Assembly (NCBI GenBank): GCA_016190945.1 | Contig: JACPPO010000088.1 | Coordinates: 1 to 56,419, forward strand | Source: Acidobacteriota bacterium | GTDB taxonomy: Bacteria; Acidobacteriota; Vicinamibacteria; Vicinamibacterales; UBA2999 | Direction of reading: 5' to 3' | DNA length: 56,419 nucleotides | Shown here: one piece after another, positions 33,633-43,937 of the stretch | Position numbering within the stretch: position 1 is the first letter of the stretch | How the letters are laid out: each line of letters starts with the position of its first letter | Translations under genes and position numbers: made by a program | The notes under the pieces: generated by a model | What the model was told of the DNA's origin: nothing | Databases searched by the model: none | Seen by the model: only the letters and a program-made list of their open reading frames with translations

Positions 33633-34445
33633 TTACGCGGCCAGCTTGCGGCGGCGATGCATTTCCTGGGGGGTCTCCGGCGACGTCCTGGACAGCCAGG
33701 CCAGCATCACGAGACTCAGCGGCCCGAGCACCAGCGAGATGAACTGCGAGGTCGAAATCCCGAAGATCTGTCCGCGTGGATCGCCGCGATAGAGCTCGAC
33801 GATGAAGCGCGAGATCGCGTACAGGAGCATGTAGGACCAGAACGTCCGACCCGCGAATGGCCGGCCCCTGCGTTCGGTGGCGAGCAGGAACGCCAGGATG
33901 ATCAACTCCGCGCCGGCTTCGTAGATCTGTGTGGGGTGCAGCGGAATGCCCAGGGGTGTGCCGACGTTCGCGGCGGCGAGCGGACTGGTGAACGTGATCG
34001 CCCAGGGGACATCCGCCGGTTTGCCGTAGCAACACCCCGCCGCGAGGCAACCAAGCCGTCCCGTGACGTGGCCGAGCGCAATCCCCGGCGCGAACACGTC
34101 GCACGTTGTCCAGAAGGGCAGGCGGTGGCGGGCGATGTGCCAGAACGCCACGACCACGGCGAGAATCAGCCCTCCGTAGAACACCCCGCCCGATCGGGCG
34201 AGCGACAGCAGGTCCGCCGGCGATCCGCTGAACCGGTCGAAATCGACCACGAACAGGAGAAGCTTCGCCCCGATCAGGGCCGCGATGATGATGTAGATAC
34301 CGAGGTCGAGCACGCGGCTGGGGTCGAGCCCCCACCGCCGGGCGCGGCGCATGGCGAGCCATAAGCCGAGCAGGTAGGAGGCGGCGAGCAGGACGCCGTA
34401 CGAGTAAATCGTGAACGGCCCGAGGCTAAACAGTTCCGGGTACAC
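33633..34445 (-). CDS. lgt: Prolipoprotein diacylglyceryl transferase
   Basis: Typical Lgt N-terminus (GPFTIYSYGVLLA) and HPTQIYE motif. GTG start. Confidence 0.9.
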   Translation of the reverse strand: MYPELFSLGPFTIYSYGVLLAASYLLGLWLAMRRARRWGLDPSRVLDLGIYIIIAALIGAKLLLFVVDFDRFSGSPADLLSLARSGGVFYGGLILAVVVAFWHIARHRLPFWTTCDVFAPGIALGHVTGRLGCLAAGCCYGKPADVPWAITFTSPLAAANVGTPLGIPLHPTQIYEAGAELIILAFLLATERRGRPFAGRTFWSYMLLYAISRFIVELYRGDPRGQIFGISTSQFISLVLGPLSLVMLAWLSRTSPETPQEMHRRRKLAA

Positions 34446-34929
34446 GGCGTGTCCTCCTGTCCAGAAGCTCGATAATCATGCATGCCACGCCAACGGTAAT
34501 CGCGGCGTCGGCCACGTTGAAGGCCCAGAAGTGCCAGTCCCGCCAGTACAGGTCGACGAAGTCCACCACGTAACCCGTTCCAAGCCGGTCGATGAGGTTG
34601 CCGGCCGCGCCCCCGACGATCATCGCGAGGCCGACTCGCGCGACCCGCTGCTCGACCGGCAGCGTTGCCGCGTACAGCGTCAGCGCCGAGAGTGCCCCGG
34701 CGGCCACGATGGAGAGCAACGCCGTCTTGAATGGGAAATCGACCGCATTCATCAACCCGAACGCGGCCCCATAATTGTGTACCCGTGTCAAGTTGAAAAA
34801 GTCCGGGATCACCACAACGCTCTGGTGCAGCTCGAAGCGGGACCGAACGAGCGCCTTGGCTGCCTGATCGAGCGCCACGATCGACCCCGATGTCCACAGT
34901 TCAAGCTGCAGCCGTTTCGAAATGGCCAT
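34426..34929 (-). CDS. lspA: Lipoprotein signal peptidase II
   Basis: NYGAAFG and FNVAD motifs. Start re-set to ATG 34929, which shares one nt with the ileS stop. Confidence 0.88.
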   Translation of the reverse strand: MAISKRLQLELWTSGSIVALDQAAKALVRSRFELHQSVVVIPDFFNLTRVHNYGAAFGLMNAVDFPFKTALLSIVAAGALSALTLYAATLPVEQRVARVGLAMIVGGAAGNLIDRLGTGYVVDFVDLYWRDWHFWAFNVADAAITVGVACMIIELLDRRTRRVPGTV

Positions 34930-37748
34930 CAGCCGTTCACGGGCTCGGCCAGGGCCTCGACGCAGCGGTCGCAGATCCCCGCCCAGTCGGGCTCCGTCCG
35001 GACGCTCCGCACGTACCGCCAGCACCGATCGCATCTGACCCCGTCGACCTTTCGGACGCGAATATTGGACGACGGCGAGACCATCGAGCCGCCGTCCCCG
35101 GCGAATCCAGCGCTCACCCGAATGGGGCCGACACCCACATCCGATACGCCGAACAACGTTGGCAAGAAGTCTTGGTACTGCCTGAAGAACGCGAAGCCGT
35201 TATCGTCGAATTCAAGATCGACGCGTGCTGACAGGTTCGAGCTGATCGTCTTGGCCTGTCTCGCATTCTCAAGCTCGACGTTTACGCGATCTCTCACTGA
35301 CCGGAGCTGGTCCCATTGGTGCAGCAGTGCATCGTTCTCCCATGCAACGACATCGGACGGGAAGACCGCGAGGTGCACAGACGGCTCCCGCTGCCCGGGT
35401 ATATTGCGCCACACCTCGTCCGTCGTGAACGGCAGGATGGGCGCGAGGAGCCGTGCGAGGCCGTCGACGATGAAGAACATGGCGGTTTGCCCGGAGCGGC
35501 GCGCTTCCGACTTCGCGCCGAGCGTGTACATGCGGTCTTTCGTGATGTCCACGTAAAACGCGCTGAGATCGACCGTGATGAACGCGTTGACCACTTGATA
35601 GATCGTCGGGTAGTCGTACTGGTCGTACGCCTTCACTATCTTGGCGGCAACACCCGCATGGCGCGCCATCACCCAACGATCGATCTCCAGCATGCGTGAC
35701 GGCGGCACGGCGTCCGCACTTGGATCGAAGTCAAACAGATTCCCCAGCAAAACGCGTAGCACATTGCGGAACTTCCGATAAGCCTCGACAACACGCGCGA
35801 GAATCTCGGGACCGAGGCGTACCTCCTCGCCGTAGTCGACCATCGACACCCACAACCGCAGGATCTCGGCGCCGCTCTGCTTGATCACATCCTGCGGCGC
35901 CACGGTATTGCCGAGCGACTTCGACATCTTCCGGCCCTGCTCGTCGACGACAAAGCCGTGGGTGAGCACCTGCCTGAACGGCGCCTCGCCACGGGTCCCG
36001 AGCCCGATGAGCAGCGAGCTGTGGAACCATCCGCGATGCTGATCGCTACCTTCCAGATACATGTCGGCGGGCCACGTCAGATTCGCGTCCGGCGGTAGCA
36101 CGGCCTGGTGGCTCGATCCGGAGTCAAACCAGACATCCAGGATGTTGTACTCCCGATCGAAGGCGTGGCCGCCGCAACGAGGGCACGTGAGACCCGCGGG
36201 GACGAACTCCGCCGCCGGCCGCTCGTACCAGGCGTCGGCGCCATGCTGTTCGAACACATGTGCCGCGCGCTCGACGAGATCCGTCGTCAGGACCGGCGTC
36301 CGGCACTCCGTGCAATTCACCGCCGGAATCGGTACGCCCCAGGATCGCTGTCGCGAGATGCACCAGTCGGGCCGGAGCGCGACCATGTTGTAGATGCGGT
36401 CGCGTCCCCAGGCGGGGATCCACCGCACGCGGTCAACGGCCGCGAGCGCCTGCCGCCGGAGGCCGCCTGTGTCCATCGAAATGAACCACTGAGACGTGGC
36501 GATAAAGACGACCGGATTCTGGCAGCGCCAACAGTGCGGATACGAATGCTCGAAGCTCTCGCGGTGCCACAGGCGCCCTCGCTCCTTCAGCGCGGCTTCG
36601 ATGTTCGGGTTTGCATCGAAGACACGCTGGCCACCGAAACGTTCCACGGTGTCGAGAAACCGCCCGCCCGCGTCCACTGGCGTATAGATGTCGAGCCCGT
36701 ATTTCACGCCCGTGTGGAAGTCGTCGCTGCCGTGACCGGGCGCGGTATGCACCACACCGGTACCCTGTTCGAGCGTGACATAGTCACCAAGCACCGCAAG
36801 CGAGTCACGGTCGTACAGGGGATGGCGAAAGACGAGACGTTCCATGGACGCGCCGGGGAACGTTGCGACCGGCTCACCTAACGCTCGGCCCGTCGCCTGA
36901 CTCACGCGATCGGCAAGGGCCTGCGCCACGACGAGGTGCGTGCTGCCGACCGGATAAGCGCCGTAGATGAGGGCTGGATGGAAGGCAATAGCGAGATTCG
37001 ACGGAATCGTCCAGGGCGTCGTCGTCCAGATGAGAGTTGACACATAGCGCCCGGAGAGCTCCGGGACGCGCGCGGCGAGATCGTCCGCGCAGCCGAGCGC
37101 GAGCCGGAACTCGACGTAGATGGACGGTGATGTGTGCGGCTCGTACTCGACCTCGGCCTCAGCGAGCGCCGTCCGGCAGTGGATGCACCAGTGGACGGGC
37201 TTCTTGCCCTTGTACACCATGCCCTTCTCGACGAACGTGCCGAGCGCGCGGACGATCGCCGCCTGGTAAAGGTGGTTCATCGTCAGGTACGGCCGGGACC
37301 AGAGACCGAGCACGCCGAGACGCTCGAATTCCTCGCGCTGGATCTGCACGTACTGGTCGGCGTAGCGGCGGCACGCCCGGCGAAAGTCCACCACGCCCAT
37401 GTCGCGCTTCTTCGGCCCGAGCTCGCGGTCGACCTTGAGCTCGATCGGCAAGCCGTGGCAGTCCCATCCCGGCACGTACGGGGCGTCGTAGCCGGCCATC
37501 GTGCGCGAGCGGACGACGAAGTCCTTGAGAATCTTGTTGAGGGCGTGTCCGATGTGGATGTGTCCGTTCGCGTACGGGGGACCGTCGTGCAGCACGAACT
37601 TCGGCCGGCCCGCGCGGTTCTGCCGGATCCGTCCGTACAGATCCATTGCCTGCCAGCGCGCCAGCCATTCCGGTTCGGCGGTCTGCAGGTTCGCCTTCAT
37701 CGGGAAACCTGTTCGCGGCAGGTTTACCGTGTTCTTCCACTCGGGCAT
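34929..37748 (-). CDS. ileS: Isoleucine--tRNA ligase
   Basis: HIGH ([11 protein letters not shown]), KMSKS and a C-terminal Zn finger (CDRCW...CDRC). Confidence 0.95.
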   Translation of the reverse strand: MPEWKNTVNLPRTGFPMKANLQTAEPEWLARWQAMDLYGRIRQNRAGRPKFVLHDGPPYANGHIHIGHALNKILKDFVVRSRTMAGYDAPYVPGWDCHGLPIELKVDRELGPKKRDMGVVDFRRACRRYADQYVQIQREEFERLGVLGLWSRPYLTMNHLYQAAIVRALGTFVEKGMVYKGKKPVHWCIHCRTALAEAEVEYEPHTSPSIYVEFRLALGCADDLAARVPELSGRYVSTLIWTTTPWTIPSNLAIAFHPALIYGAYPVGSTHLVVAQALADRVSQATGRALGEPVATFPGASMERLVFRHPLYDRDSLAVLGDYVTLEQGTGVVHTAPGHGSDDFHTGVKYGLDIYTPVDAGGRFLDTVERFGGQRVFDANPNIEAALKERGRLWHRESFEHSYPHCWRCQNPVVFIATSQWFISMDTGGLRRQALAAVDRVRWIPAWGRDRIYNMVALRPDWCISRQRSWGVPIPAVNCTECRTPVLTTDLVERAAHVFEQHGADAWYERPAAEFVPAGLTCPRCGGHAFDREYNILDVWFDSGSSHQAVLPPDANLTWPADMYLEGSDQHRGWFHSSLLIGLGTRGEAPFRQVLTHGFVVDEQGRKMSKSLGNTVAPQDVIKQSGAEILRLWVSMVDYGEEVRLGPEILARVVEAYRKFRNVLRVLLGNLFDFDPSADAVPPSRMLEIDRWVMARHAGVAAKIVKAYDQYDYPTIYQVVNAFITVDLSAFYVDITKDRMYTLGAKSEARRSGQTAMFFIVDGLARLLAPILPFTTDEVWRNIPGQREPSVHLAVFPSDVVAWENDALLHQWDQLRSVRDRVNVELENARQAKTISSNLSARVDLEFDDNGFAFFRQYQDFLPTLFGVSDVGVGPIRVSAGFAGDGGSMVSPSSNIRVRKVDGVRCDRCWRYVRSVRTEPDWAGICDRCVEALAEPVNG

Positions 37749-37754
37749 TTATGT

Positions 37755-37827
37755 CAGGAGGCAGGAAGCAGCAGGCAGACAAACCACGATGACCGGGCGC
37801 TGCCTACCGCCTGCTGCCTACTGCTAG
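37755..37827. repeat. Heptad-word hairpin in the ileS/M16 divergent region (CAGGAGG CAGGAAG CAGCAGG / CTGCCTA CCGCCTG CTGCCTA CTGCTAG)
   Basis: Period-7 units read directly. The core is a 9-bp stem, GCAGCAGGC (37768-37776) with GCCTGCTGC (37809-37817). Confidence 0.8.
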
Positions 37828-37831
37828 ATTC

Positions 37832-37837
37832 TATAAT
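37832..37837 (+). promoter_or_regulatory. -10 element TATAAT, 12 nt upstream of the M16 peptidase ATG
   Basis: Read directly. There is no good -35; that position is occupied by the hairpin's right arm. Confidence 0.35.
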
Positions 37838-37849
37838 GCAGGGATAGCC

Positions 37850-39238
37850 ATGCTCGAACGGCGCTCAACCGCGTCACACGTGCACGAAGAGGTCCTCGAC
37901 AACGGCCTGCGTGTGCTGATTCAGGAGATGCACACGGCGCCGCTGGCGTCCGTGTGGTGCTGGTATCGTGTCGGCTCGAAGGACGAAGCCACCGGCCAGA
38001 CGGGCGTATCGCACTGGGTCGAGCACATGAACTTCAAGGGGACCACCAACATCCCGCGCGACAAGGTCAAAGGGATCATCGAGCAGTTCGGCGGCTACTG
38101 GAACGGATATACGTGGATCGATCAGACTGCTTATACCGAGACCGCCACGCGCGATGCGCTCGACCGGATGCTCTTCATCGAGGCCGAGCGGATGGCGAAC
38201 TGCCTGTACGATCCAGCCGATTGTGAGTCGGAGCGCACGGTCATCATCTCTGAGTTGCAGGGGGGCGAGAACGATCCGGAGACGCTCCTCGACCAGGAGC
38301 TGACCGCGACCGCCTTCAAGGCGCATCCGTACCGGCATCCCACGATTGGCTGGCTCTCGGATCTCCGAACGATGACCCGGGATGATTTGTACGGGTACTA
38401 CCGGCGGTTCTACGTTCCCAATAACGCCACCCTGGTCGTCGTGGGTGACGTCGACACCAACGACGCGATGCGTCGCGTTGTCCAGCATTTCGGCGGCATC
38501 CGGCCCGTTGACGTGGCACGGAGGCCTCATACGCTGGAGCCGCGGCAGCTCGGCGAGCGGCGGCTGACGCTTTCACGCGAGGGCACGACCGCGTATCTCA
38601 AGCTCGGCCATCACGCGCCGGCGATAGGCGACCCGGATTTCTTTCCGATGCTGGTGCTCGACGCCGTGCTCACCGGCGCGAAGGGTCTCAATCTGTGGGC
38701 AAGCTTTCGCACGCCTCCGCCACAGCGCAGCGCGCGGCTGTATCGGGCGCTGGTCGACGCCGGTCTTGCCTCATCGGTTATGGGCGGGCTGGTGCCGACC
38801 TCAGAGCCGTTCCTCTACACGATTTCGATGACCGCGACCGACGGCACGCCGGTCGCGCGGCTGGAGGAGACCGCGCTTGGCGAGCTCAATCGCGTCCGAT
38901 TGCGAGGCGTGACGGAGACGGAGCTGCAAAAGGCGACCAGGCAGCTGCGCGCCCGCCTCGTGTTCGAAAATGACAGCATCTCCAACATTGCCCACCAGCT
39001 CGGCTTCTTCGAGTCGATCGCGAGCTGGCGGATCTGCGAGACGCTGCGGGACCGGATCGACGCCGTCTCGCTCGAGCAGGTGGCCGCCGCGGCGTTCGAG
39101 CGTCTGAAGCCGTTCAATCGAACCGTTGCCTGGTTTGAGCCGCTGCCGGTCGGCGCAGGCGGGGAAGTCCCGACAGGGGACGGCGCCGGCCCCGCGTCCA
39201 CGGGCCGCAGAGTCACAGAGACACAGAGTCACCGATGA
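37850..39238 (+). CDS. M16 family zinc peptidase (catalytic subunit)
   Basis: Inverzincin motif HWVEH plus a downstream E. The C-terminal tail RVTETQSHR is read from a repeat arm. Confidence 0.85.
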   Translation: MLERRSTASHVHEEVLDNGLRVLIQEMHTAPLASVWCWYRVGSKDEATGQTGVSHWVEHMNFKGTTNIPRDKVKGIIEQFGGYWNGYTWIDQTAYTETATRDALDRMLFIEAERMANCLYDPADCESERTVIISELQGGENDPETLLDQELTATAFKAHPYRHPTIGWLSDLRTMTRDDLYGYYRRFYVPNNATLVVVGDVDTNDAMRRVVQHFGGIRPVDVARRPHTLEPRQLGERRLTLSREGTTAYLKLGHHAPAIGDPDFFPMLVLDAVLTGAKGLNLWASFRTPPPQRSARLYRALVDAGLASSVMGGLVPTSEPFLYTISMTATDGTPVARLEETALGELNRVRLRGVTETELQKATRQLRARLVFENDSISNIAHQLGFFESIASWRICETLRDRIDAVSLEQVAAAAFERLKPFNRTVAWFEPLPVGAGGEVPTGDGAGPASTGRRVTETQSHR

Positions 39239-39272
39239 CAAGTATTTCTCCGTGTTTCTGCGGCTCTGTGGC
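39205..39272. repeat. Octad-word hairpin between the two M16 genes (AGTCACAG AGACACAG AGTCACCG / ...CTGCGG CTCTGTGG)
   Basis: Period-8 left arm at 39211-39234. CCGCAG/CTGCGG and CACAGAG/CTCTGTG pairings are possible. Confidence 0.7.
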
Positions 39273-39290
39273 CTGTTTGAGCGAGCCGCG

Positions 39291-40571
39291 ATGACCATGG
39301 CAATTCACCGCGGCCTCGCTCCTGTCCGGGCGGTCCTTGGCAACGGGGCCGTCGTCATCGCCAAGGAGTCGCCGACAACGCCCGCCGTCACCGTGCATGC
39401 GTCGTTCCGCGCAGGAACCGTGTTCGATCCGGCGGATCAGGCCGGTCTGTCGCACTTCGTCTCGCGGACGATCGATCGCGGCACGGAGACGCGCCCGGCG
39501 GACCGCATCGCCGAGGCATTGGACGGTCGCGGCGTGTCACTCTCCATCAGCGTCAACCGCCACGCGCTGTCGCTGGTGTGCACCTGCCTGGTCGAGGATC
39601 TCGTTCCGATTCTCGACCTGCTGGCCGACATCGTCAGCCGTCCCACGTTTCCGAAGGACGAGGTCGACACGAAACGTGGCGAAATCGTCACGCTGATCCG
39701 CCAGGATGAAGACAACCCGGCGGCGCTCGCCACCGAAGGGTTGCTCACGGAGCTCTACGGTGCGGCGCATCCGTACGGACGCCGGCCGCGAGGATCGGTT
39801 GAGGGCGTCGAGACGATCGGCGGTGCCGCGCTGCAGAGGTTTCATGCCGAGCGCTTCAGCCCGGATTCGCTGTCGCTTGTCATGGTGGGTGATATCGAGC
39901 CGGCTCGCGCGATCGACGCCGCCGGGACCGCGTTCGGTCAATGGGCTGTTGCAACGCCGCCGGCGTTCGAGTTGCCCGAGGTCGCCCCCGCGTCAAGCCG
40001 TCGGGTTCGCGTGATCCCGATGATGAACAAGGCGCAGGCCGACATCGCCTACGGCTTCACCAGTGTGCGGCGTGCCGATCCTGGCTATGACGCGTACTGG
40101 CTGATGAACAACATCCTCGGGCAGTACGCCATTGGTGGCCGGCTGGGCGACAGCATCCGTGAGCGTCAGGGGATGGCCTATTACGTCTTCAGCGCGCTCG
40201 ACGCCAATGTCATTCCGGGCCCATTGACGATCCGCGCGGGGGTGAGCCCCGCCAACGTGGACCGCGCCGTCGCTTCAATTGACGAGGAACTGCGGAAGCT
40301 GGCCGCGGAGGGGCCGACCGATTCGGAGATGACCGAATCGAAGCAATACCTCATCGGCTCGATGCCGCGAACGCTGGAGACCAATCTCGGCATCGCCACG
40401 CTCCTGCAGACGGAAGAGTTCTTCGGTCTTGGCCTTGACTATGACCTGCGCGTGCCCGACCTCCTTCGGGCCGTGACGCGCGAAGACGTCAACGCCGCGG
40501 CCCGGCGGACACTGGTTCCCGCGCATGCGACGGTCGTGATTGCGGGCCCGTACGCGGGCGAGGCGCGATGA
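39291..40571 (+). CDS. M16 family peptidase, non-catalytic subunit (no HxxEH)
   Basis: M16 fold similarity (…VTVHASFRAGTVFDP…). Start re-set to ATG 39291. Confidence 0.8.
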   Translation: MTMAIHRGLAPVRAVLGNGAVVIAKESPTTPAVTVHASFRAGTVFDPADQAGLSHFVSRTIDRGTETRPADRIAEALDGRGVSLSISVNRHALSLVCTCLVEDLVPILDLLADIVSRPTFPKDEVDTKRGEIVTLIRQDEDNPAALATEGLLTELYGAAHPYGRRPRGSVEGVETIGGAALQRFHAERFSPDSLSLVMVGDIEPARAIDAAGTAFGQWAVATPPAFELPEVAPASSRRVRVIPMMNKAQADIAYGFTSVRRADPGYDAYWLMNNILGQYAIGGRLGDSIRERQGMAYYVFSALDANVIPGPLTIRAGVSPANVDRAVASIDEELRKLAAEGPTDSEMTESKQYLIGSMPRTLETNLGIATLLQTEEFFGLGLDYDLRVPDLLRAVTREDVNAAARRTLVPAHATVVIAGPYAGEAR

Positions 40572-41263
40572 GGCCAGCGCCTGTCAAGGCGGTGTTCTTC
40601 GACGTCGATTTCACGCTGATTTATCCTGGGCCGACGTTCCAGGGCGCGGGCTACCAACGTTTCTGCGTCCGCTACGGCATCGACGTCGATCCGTCGCGAT
40701 TTTCCGAGGCGGTCCTGTCCGCGGCGGCGATTCTGGGCGAGCAGCACGACCACACCTACGACCCCGACATCTTTGTCCGGTACACGCGACGGATCATCGA
40801 GGGAATGGGCGGCAGCGGCGAGCAGCTCGGTCCATGCGCGAAGGAAATCTACACCGAATGGGCCGCCTGCCAGCATTTCTTTCTGTATGACGATGTGACA
40901 CCGGCGCTGCGGGAGCTGGCGGCCCGGGGCGTTCAGGTGGGGCTCATTTCGAACTCCCATCGCTGCCTGGCGTCATTTCAGCAGCATTTCGAGCTTCACG
41001 GGCTGATTGCTGTCGCGCTTTCTTCATCTGAGCACGGATACCTGAAGCCGCACCCCAGCATCTTCGAATCGGCGCTGAAGCTGCTCGGCGTCGCCGCTGC
41101 GGAGGCGGTGATGGTTGGCGACAGCCTGTCGCACGACATCGAAGGCGCGCGGCGCGTGGGGATGCGCGGCATCCTGGTCCGGCGCTCACCTGACGCTGCT
41201 CAGGCAGGGGTACCCGGCGTACCGGTGATCCACGACCTGTCGGAACTGCCGGCGCTGCTCTGA
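40568..41263 (+). CDS. HAD superfamily hydrolase
   Basis: Motif I FFDVDFT, motif III/IV ...MVGDSLSHDIEGA. ATGA overlap with the upstream gene. Confidence 0.8.
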   Translation: MRPAPVKAVFFDVDFTLIYPGPTFQGAGYQRFCVRYGIDVDPSRFSEAVLSAAAILGEQHDHTYDPDIFVRYTRRIIEGMGGSGEQLGPCAKEIYTEWAACQHFFLYDDVTPALRELAARGVQVGLISNSHRCLASFQQHFELHGLIAVALSSSEHGYLKPHPSIFESALKLLGVAAAEAVMVGDSLSHDIEGARRVGMRGILVRRSPDAAQAGVPGVPVIHDLSELPALL

Positions 41264-41272
41264 GGTCCGGCT

Positions 41273-41398
41273 GATCGCCTCCGCCCAGGTCGGGTCGCTG
41301 TGCGACCCGTCCAACCGGTGCCGGCCGGGCGATCCGCTCTGGCGGATCGCCCCTGGGTCCGCCGAAGCTTCACGCGAAGGCGGAAGCCGGACCCTGCG
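41273..41398 (+). repeat. Dispersed double-hairpin repeat, copy B (intergenic, between convergent HAD and HIT genes)
   Basis: The core 41288-41386 aligns with 14764-14863. It includes the perfect hairpin GGCGATCCGC-TCTG-GCGGATCGCC. Confidence 0.85.
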
Positions 41399-41410
41399 TA
41401 CGAAAGAGGA

Positions 41411-41755
41411 TTACCCCGGCGGCCAGGTCAGGCCGCGCCCGGCCAGGAGGTGCAGATGGATGTGAAACACCGTTTGCCCGGCTTCGCGGTTCGTGTTGAA
41501 GACCGTCCGGTACCCGCGTTCGTGATAGCCGTGCTCTTTCGCAAGGGCGGCCGCCCGGCGAAACATCGACCCCACAAGCGCATCGTCGTCGGGCGACAGG
41601 TCGTTGAGTGAGGCGATGTGCTTCCGGGGCACGATCAACACGTGCAGCGGCGCCTGCGGATGGATGTCCTTGAAGGTCACGAGCGAATCGTCCTGATGCA
41701 CGAGGGCGCTCGGGATGTCGCCCGCGATGATCTTGCAGAAGAGACAGTCGCTCAT
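41411..41755 (-). CDS. HIT family nucleotide hydrolase
   Basis: CLFCKI... and histidine triad HIHLHLL. Start re-set to ATG 41755 (ATGA overlap with prmC). Confidence 0.88.
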   Translation of the reverse strand: MSDCLFCKIIAGDIPSALVHQDDSLVTFKDIHPQAPLHVLIVPRKHIASLNDLSPDDDALVGSMFRRAAALAKEHGYHERGYRTVFNTNREAGQTVFHIHLHLLAGRGLTWPPG

Positions 41756-42612
41756 CGGCACTGAATGATAGCGGTTCGCGGTATTCCCAGCAGATCGGCG
41801 CGCACGCGGTCCAGGCGAAGCGGCGGCCGCGCGTCGACCAGCGCTTCGACGTGCTCCTCCTGCCCGTAGCCGAACTCCAAGACGAGCCACCCGCCGGGCG
41901 TCAGTTTTTCCGCGGCGGTATCCAGCACCCCGATGACATCGCGCAGGCCCTGGGCGCCGCCGAACAGCGCGACCTCCGGCTCGTGCCGCACAGCGGGCGA
42001 CAGCGCCGGCTTGTCGCCGTCTTTCACGTACGGCGGGTTTGCCGTCATGACCTCGAACCTTCCATCGACGCCGTCAAGGTACGAGGTGGCGACGAACTCG
42101 ACCCGATTCGCCACGCCGTGACGCACCGCGTTGGCGCCAGCCACCACAAGCGCCTCCAGGGAAATATCGGACGCAACCAACCGGCACCCCGGCACCTCGC
42201 ATGCCAACGCGATGGCGACGCAGCCGCTGCCGGTGCCAATATCGGCGACACGTACCTGACCCGACGCGGGGTCACTCGAACGCAACAATGACAGCGCCTC
42301 CTCGACGACGAACTCCGTTTCTGGACGCGGGATCAGGACGGCGGGCGTGACGGCGAAGTCGAGACCCCAAAACTCGCGAACGCCGACGATATACGCGGAC
42401 GGCTCGTGGCGCTCCCGTCTGGTGACCCATTCAGACAGCGTCGGCTCGAGCCTCTCGGGCACGGCGCCCTGCTGGTCCGACAGAAGCGTGGCCCGATCCC
42501 ATTCCAGGATCGTGCGAGCGTACAGATCGACGTCGATGGAGGCTTCCGGCTGGGAGATTCCCGCCGCGACAAGCCGTGCACGCGCCTCAGCAAGCCTCTC
42601 GTGGAGTGTCAA
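41752..42612 (-). CDS. prmC: Release-factor glutamine N5-methyltransferase
   Basis: DIGTGSG SAM motif and NPPY. Confidence 0.88.
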   Translation of the reverse strand: MTLHERLAEARARLVAAGISQPEASIDVDLYARTILEWDRATLLSDQQGAVPERLEPTLSEWVTRRERHEPSAYIVGVREFWGLDFAVTPAVLIPRPETEFVVEEALSLLRSSDPASGQVRVADIGTGSGCVAIALACEVPGCRLVASDISLEALVVAGANAVRHGVANRVEFVATSYLDGVDGRFEVMTANPPYVKDGDKPALSPAVRHEPEVALFGGAQGLRDVIGVLDTAAEKLTPGGWLVLEFGYGQEEHVEALVDARPPLRLDRVRADLLGIPRTAIIQCR

Positions 42613-43682
42613 CTGACGGTGGTCGCTTCCTTGAGCTTCTCGGCGTTGTAGAAGGCGATGACCTGGTCGAGAATCTCCCCCGGATCGCCTTCGAGGACAT
42701 CGTGGAGCCGGTGGGTCGTGAAATTGATGCGGTGATCGGTGATGCGGCTCTGCGGGAAGTTGTAGGTCCTGATTTTTTCCGACCGCTCGCCGGTTCCCAC
42801 CTGGCCGCGGCGCTCCTTGGCGATGGCCTCCTGCTGCTTCCGCATCTCCATTTCGTAGAGACGGGCGCGCAGGACTTTCATGGCCTTCGCGCGGTTCTTG
42901 ATCTGAGACTTCTCATCCTGCTGTGAGACGACGAGGCCGGTGGGAACGTGCGTGAGCCGCACGGCGGAATACGTCGTGTTGACGCTCTGGCCGCCAGGAC
43001 CGCTCGAGCAGAACGTGTCGACACGGAGGTCCTTCTCGTTGATCTGGATGTCGACCTCCTCGGCTTCAGGGAGGACGGCCACGGTGGCGGTGGACGTGTG
43101 GATGCGTCCGCTCGCCTCCGTCGCGGGAACCCGCTGCACGCGATGCACGCCGCTCTCGTACTTCAGACGGCTGTACACGCCGCGGCCCTCGATCGAGGCG
43201 ATGGCTTCCTTGAGGCCTCCGGTGCCGCTCTCGCTACTGGATATCACCTCGAGCTTCCATCGCTGCCGTTCCGCAAAGCGGCTGTACATGCGGAAGAGGT
43301 CCGCGGCAAATAGCGATGCCTCGTCGCCGCCCGTGCCCGCGCGGATTTCAAGGATGACGTTCTTCTCGTCATTCGGATCCTTGGGAACCAGCAGCGTCCG
43401 CAGGTCGCTGGCAACGGCCTCGCGCTTCTCCTGGAGTTCCTTGAGCTCTGCATGGGCGAGCTCACGCATGTCGGCGTCCGCGCCGCGGACAATCTCTTCG
43501 GAGTCCTCGATATCCTTCTGCACCACCTTGTATTCGCGATACTTCTGCACCAGCGGCTCGATCTCGGACAACGCTTTGGCGGCCTTCCGGTATTCGGCGG
43601 GGTCGGACTGGACCTCAGCCGTGCCAAGGCGCGTCATGAGCTCCTCGTACTGCGCTTCAACGATGCTCAGTTTGTCGAACAT
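42609..43682 (-). CDS. prfA: Peptide chain release factor 1
   Basis: PAT-type domain (VPATEASGR) and [11 protein letters not shown]. Confidence 0.95.
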   Translation of the reverse strand: MFDKLSIVEAQYEELMTRLGTAEVQSDPAEYRKAAKALSEIEPLVQKYREYKVVQKDIEDSEEIVRGADADMRELAHAELKELQEKREAVASDLRTLLVPKDPNDEKNVILEIRAGTGGDEASLFAADLFRMYSRFAERQRWKLEVISSSESGTGGLKEAIASIEGRGVYSRLKYESGVHRVQRVPATEASGRIHTSTATVAVLPEAEEVDIQINEKDLRVDTFCSSGPGGQSVNTTYSAVRLTHVPTGLVVSQQDEKSQIKNRAKAMKVLRARLYEMEMRKQQEAIAKERRGQVGTGERSEKIRTYNFPQSRITDHRINFTTHRLHDVLEGDPGEILDQVIAFYNAEKLKEATTVS

Positions 43683-43691
43683 AAGAACTGG

Positions 43692-43937
43692 TCATCCTCC
43701 GGATACGGGAGGCAGGAACGCCACCTCGTCGCCGTCGTGCACGGCCGCGGCCATGCGTGCATATTCCGCGTTCACCGCCACTGACATCGTGCCCTCGTAT
43801 TTCACGAGCGAGGGCATCTCGGCGGTCAGCGAGTTCCACACGGTCTGAACGGTGGCCGGGGCCGCGACTTCGCGAATCAGTTCGCCGGTACCAGCCAGGT
43901 CCCGCAGCCGCGCGAAGAGCTTGACCGTCACGCGCAC
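43692..43937 (-). CDS. moaD: Molybdopterin synthase sulfur-carrier subunit
   Basis: 81-aa ubiquitin-like protein ending PPVSGG. Confidence 0.8.
   Translation of the reverse strand: MRVTVKLFARLRDLAGTGELIREVAAPATVQTVWNSLTAEMPSLVKYEGTMSVAVNAEYARMAAAVHDGDEVAFLPPVSGG

Noticed and set aside
889-39272. Could the short tandem words be a CRISPR array or minisatellite?
   Set aside because: The units are 7-8 nt with no spacers, occur in only 3-4 copies and pair with an inverted partner. No cas genes are present. This is not CRISPR-like.
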